Shown piece after piece: positions 60,666 to 64,000 of a stretch of DNA of 64,000 bases. Numbering within the stretch: position 1 is the first letter of the stretch; each line of letters begins with the position of its first letter. The DNA comes from Perkinsus olseni (taxonomy: Eukaryota). The notes below the pieces were generated by a model that worked only from the letters and a program-made list of their open reading frames with translations, made no database searches and was not told where the DNA came from. The translations under genes were made by a program, and so were the position numbers. Location: assembly GCA_013115125.1 (NCBI GenBank), contig JABANN010000049.1:1-64000 (forward strand). Reading direction: 5' to 3'.

Positions 60666-62223
60666 TTAAGATTCCTTCACATCAGGCATAACACTATCAT
60701 TATCAATTCCCTTATTCACTAAACTGTTGGTATTTATGAGTTCCCTCAGTCTCCCGACAGTGTCGGCGACCAGCTCTAGTCGACTCATCTCGACACCCTT
60801 CAACTGCTCATCATCAGCCTTCTGCTGCTTCTCTATCGTCAACTCGGCATCGATTTGATTGGCGACATTCTCAACAAGAGAGGTGACAACACCATTGAGC
60901 CACTCGGAAGACTTCATGTGGCGAGCTGTGGCGTTGTGTTGGGGATCGGCAAGCCACACCAGCCGGCACCAGTTGATCGCACCAATGATAGTATCAGTGC
61001 CGTCCACTACCTACTATGATGACAGTCAACTCACTTCCTCCGTGTGCTGGCCTACCTTGAAGTCACCAGTAAGGGCGGCCTGTGTAGCCTGGGTAAATCT
61101 ATCGACCAGACTGACTCGTACTACACCAGGCTGCTGTAGGACCTGCTACCAAGCATGCCTGGCCAGGCCACAGTCAGCGGCTCCTCACCTCCGCCCACCA
61201 GTCGTCCTTATACAGCTTCAGTACTATTCCCACTACCTCATCCACTCCACTCGACTTCTCTATTTGGTAGTAGGCCTGCCATAAACCAGCATACACGAGC
61301 CACCCCAGCCCGTCGAGTTACGTCAAATCTCTCCTCTGTAGGTAAGGCGCGGAGGTCCTTCTCAGTGATGCTGTACACCTGCTGGCGCTCCTTCAGTGTC
61401 ATCTACGGACGAGGTCTCTATTCCCGTCTCCTCTTGGCTGCGTCACTACTACCATGATCTCGTCACTGGTGACCGCTATTTCCAGTACATGGCGGAAGAG
61501 CTTGCCAGGGTTCCATCGCTGCTGCCTACCCTCTCGGTAGGTCTGGTATGGGAGGTGCTCCTGCAACTCTCTTCCGTATAGCCGTCTGATCAGGGACACA
61601 TGAGACCGGACAGCTCGACCTGCTACTCACAGGCCGCTCCGGATAGCTAAAACATCATTGCTCTCGAAGAGTAGCTGTATGGTACCTATAAAATAGGTTG
61701 TGGTCGTGGTGGTAGCATAAATTGTATTACATGCATAGATGTGCGTGTAGACTGCATGAGACCAGACCAAAGGCATCCAAGCCGTGCGAGTGCCCCTCGG
61801 CCGTTCTACATAGGCCAAAACAAGCCATCCCAACCTAGACTGGGCCATGTCCAGGGCACTGACACCATCACTACTCTGCATCAACCTGGGAGGAGATCTG
61901 CCATCAGTGGTCCAAGCAAGGCGGCTCACCCGGTCTCTTCGTGTGGCACTAGATTGAGGACTCTGCTGCAAGTGTACTGCAGTATGCCAGGGGACTGATA
62001 CACCGCCGAGTTCACTGAGAGTGATGGCCTTAGGTGATGCTGCCGCTACCGCGCTACCGTCAACTAAGAGCTTCCCAACCAGGCCTCGTTGGAGCTCATA
62101 CTCATCGGGAGTGTCGCCCAGTAGTGGGAGATGGAGCCTTGACTTGGACACTCTACGGCATAGCTCCTCGGATACTAGGCATGCTAGTGACGTTAAAACC
62201 TGAGTAATAGCAGTAGAAGTCAT
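60666..62223 (-). CDS. Helical-repeat protein, possibly glomulin/ALF4-like, multi-exon
   Basis: C-terminal DTIIGAINWCRLVWLAD and RLELVADTVGRLRELI resemble the two conserved C-terminal helices of glomulin/ALF4 as I recall them. The rest is not recognisable. Confidence 0.45.
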
Positions 62224-62354
62224 GGCACCATTCGTACCGTATCAAGAAGTTTTACAATGCACTTGCCTGCTATCCGCAATCACTACGATTTACATATACG
62301 CATGAATCATACTTCCTCACAGTAAATGTACTGTACGACAGAAAATGATGATTG

Positions 62355-64000
62355 CTACACGATTAGGACCCCGCGCTGTACTAAATCTGCCTGTCCTACG
62401 AACCAGAGGCCAGAGGAAATATCAATACTCTTCCATGACGGGACTCCCGTCACTACCTCTAGTCGACAAGAAGATTCCTTAGGATCCTCCTGCATAGCAG
62501 CACCGACTTTAGAATCATAACCATAAGTGGTGATGAGTTCCAGACAGGCACCAGTCAGTTCTTCTAGCAGCTCAGCATCGTTATCAGCCGTGGGGCTGCC
62601 ATCCTTTGATTCGACGAAAAACTTACGCTGTATTAGCGCTACTATACCAACTAGGTATCTAAGTTTGAAGCATGCAAACAACGAGGATATCTCCCTATCT
62701 CGCGAGCAGGTTGAGACACGCGAGGGCACGAGCCCCAGCAGGGCTGTGGTAGACTGCCCCTCCCTCCACCCAGGCCCCCTACTACCGTGCCCTATCACTC
62801 TTCATCCTGCCAGCTTGGACCCGTACCATCAGCCGTGATAGACCTCGTAGAAGGCCAGCTGCTGCTATGAAGGTAGTAGTATTGGCGACCTCAGTCTAAC
62901 AGACGGTAAAATGCATCCCACCACCACCCGCCGCTGCTGCTGTTATTACCGCTCTATCCGGTAGAAGGGACAAGGCCTCCATAAGGAAGGTGTAGCACTC
63001 ACGAGGACGAGATACGACAGCTATCTCGCATCTGAGGGGAAAGAAGGCTATAAATACATCAGTCAGTGATAGTCATTGAATGATCGAGAGCGCTGATAGC
63101 TCGGAGGAGTTCACCGTTTCGGTTGCCCACATGGTATCTTTGAGTATCTTTCTTCCTTCTCGAGTCTTCTCAAGAAGGTTACCTTTGGCCAAGTCGATAA
63201 GGGAGCTAAGAAGGCCAGGGGCGACTTGACGGAGGGTTGTGTTCGTGCGAAGCTCCGACTGAGGATGTCCATATGGCGAAGTAGTCGATGTGTGGCACTA
63301 CATTTATTCGTTCTAAGAATGCTATTGCGCTGTCAGTGGTGGTGAAGGCTTTCATTTCCTGTATGAGCCTCTCTTCGAGGGCCGATGCCTCATCACTCAG
63401 AGGGACTGATCTCTCTGGAGGGAACTCGGCTACTGTGGACATGAAAATCAAACCTTAACAACTACCATCACCATTACCACTTCTTACACTACTCCTAGCC
63501 CTAACATCAGTACCACTGGGAACACTGTTGAAAGCGGGTCATAGCGTTGAAGCAATCTGATGATACCGCTGTTCATGGTGGCCATGAGGGCTCTACGGTA
63601 CGACCGTCTACCCAATGCCTGCTCCACTGGTCATTCAACACGACAATGAGTAGCCTAACATCTCCAACATCACCACACGATCACTACAACCCTCATGCAT
63701 CTACTCTTTCGTCGACCCCTCGCCCGCGCGGCGATGAGCTTCCGAATCTGCTGGTCGACGAATGAACTGGCGGATCCAAGGCACAGTGGCATCATTCCTG
63801 TACGGCTGTCCAGGATGGGTCTCAATGTAGTCAGCAACCTCTGCACATTTGTTGCGGTCGACGCCTTTAGTATTGAGTATCTCCATAAGCGGTTCGTACA
63901 AAGACGCAACGGGATGCTGGGAGACGGTCTCTCCGTGAAGCTGAAACGCGTGTGAAGCTCCATGTCCTAGGTCATCATCTCCGTTACCTCCAGAAGCCCA
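62355..64000 (-). CDS. Hypothetical multi-exon protein, 5' end outside the window
   Basis: Series of minus-strand exons separated by short GT-AG introns, ending VQRGVLIV* at 62355. Confidence 0.6.

Noticed and set aside
1-64000. Spliced-leader RNA genes or relics, spliceosomal snRNAs, rRNA, CRISPR arrays
   Set aside because: By eye I found no CCGTAGCCAT..GGCTCAAG leader, no U1/U2/U5/U6 signature, no rRNA and no repeat-spacer array. A computational scan could still find degenerate copies.

Overview
A gene-dense, intron-rich eukaryotic window. Introns are mostly short (about 45-60 nt) and GT-AG. Gene content and architecture best fit a perkinsid alveolate (Perkinsus-like parasite); this is inferred, not proven. 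About 28 protein-coding genes can be pieced together by hand across introns: two intronless tetraspanin-like genes, two NRAMP metal transporters, a bacterial/phage-type HAD-like protein, a METTL21-like methyltransferase, a serine carboxypeptidase, proteasome ATPase RPT1, a ferredoxin-thioredoxin reductase catalytic subunit with a plastid-type leader, a CaaX-ending guanylate-binding protein, three signal-peptide GNAT-fold paralogues, bifunctional RibBA, an aspartic protease, glutaredoxin, exosome RRP46, a LicD/FKRP-like protein, two tandem delta-COP genes lacking the mu-homology domain, ALG2, fibrillarin with an Arg-free Gly-Lys tail, a glomulin-like protein and several hypotheticals. There is also one tRNA-Ala(AGC), a ~2.7 kb TIR-bounded non-autonomous DNA element, and microsatellites. 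The best candidates for undescribed biology are the secreted GNAT triad (one intact copy, two with a degenerate acetyl-CoA site), the FTR targeted to a presumed non-photosynthetic plastid, the intron-containing prokaryote/phage-type HAD gene, and the truncated delta-COP pair. Coordinates of multi-exon genes are outer spans from manual splicing. Family calls come from motif recognition only; no database searches were run.
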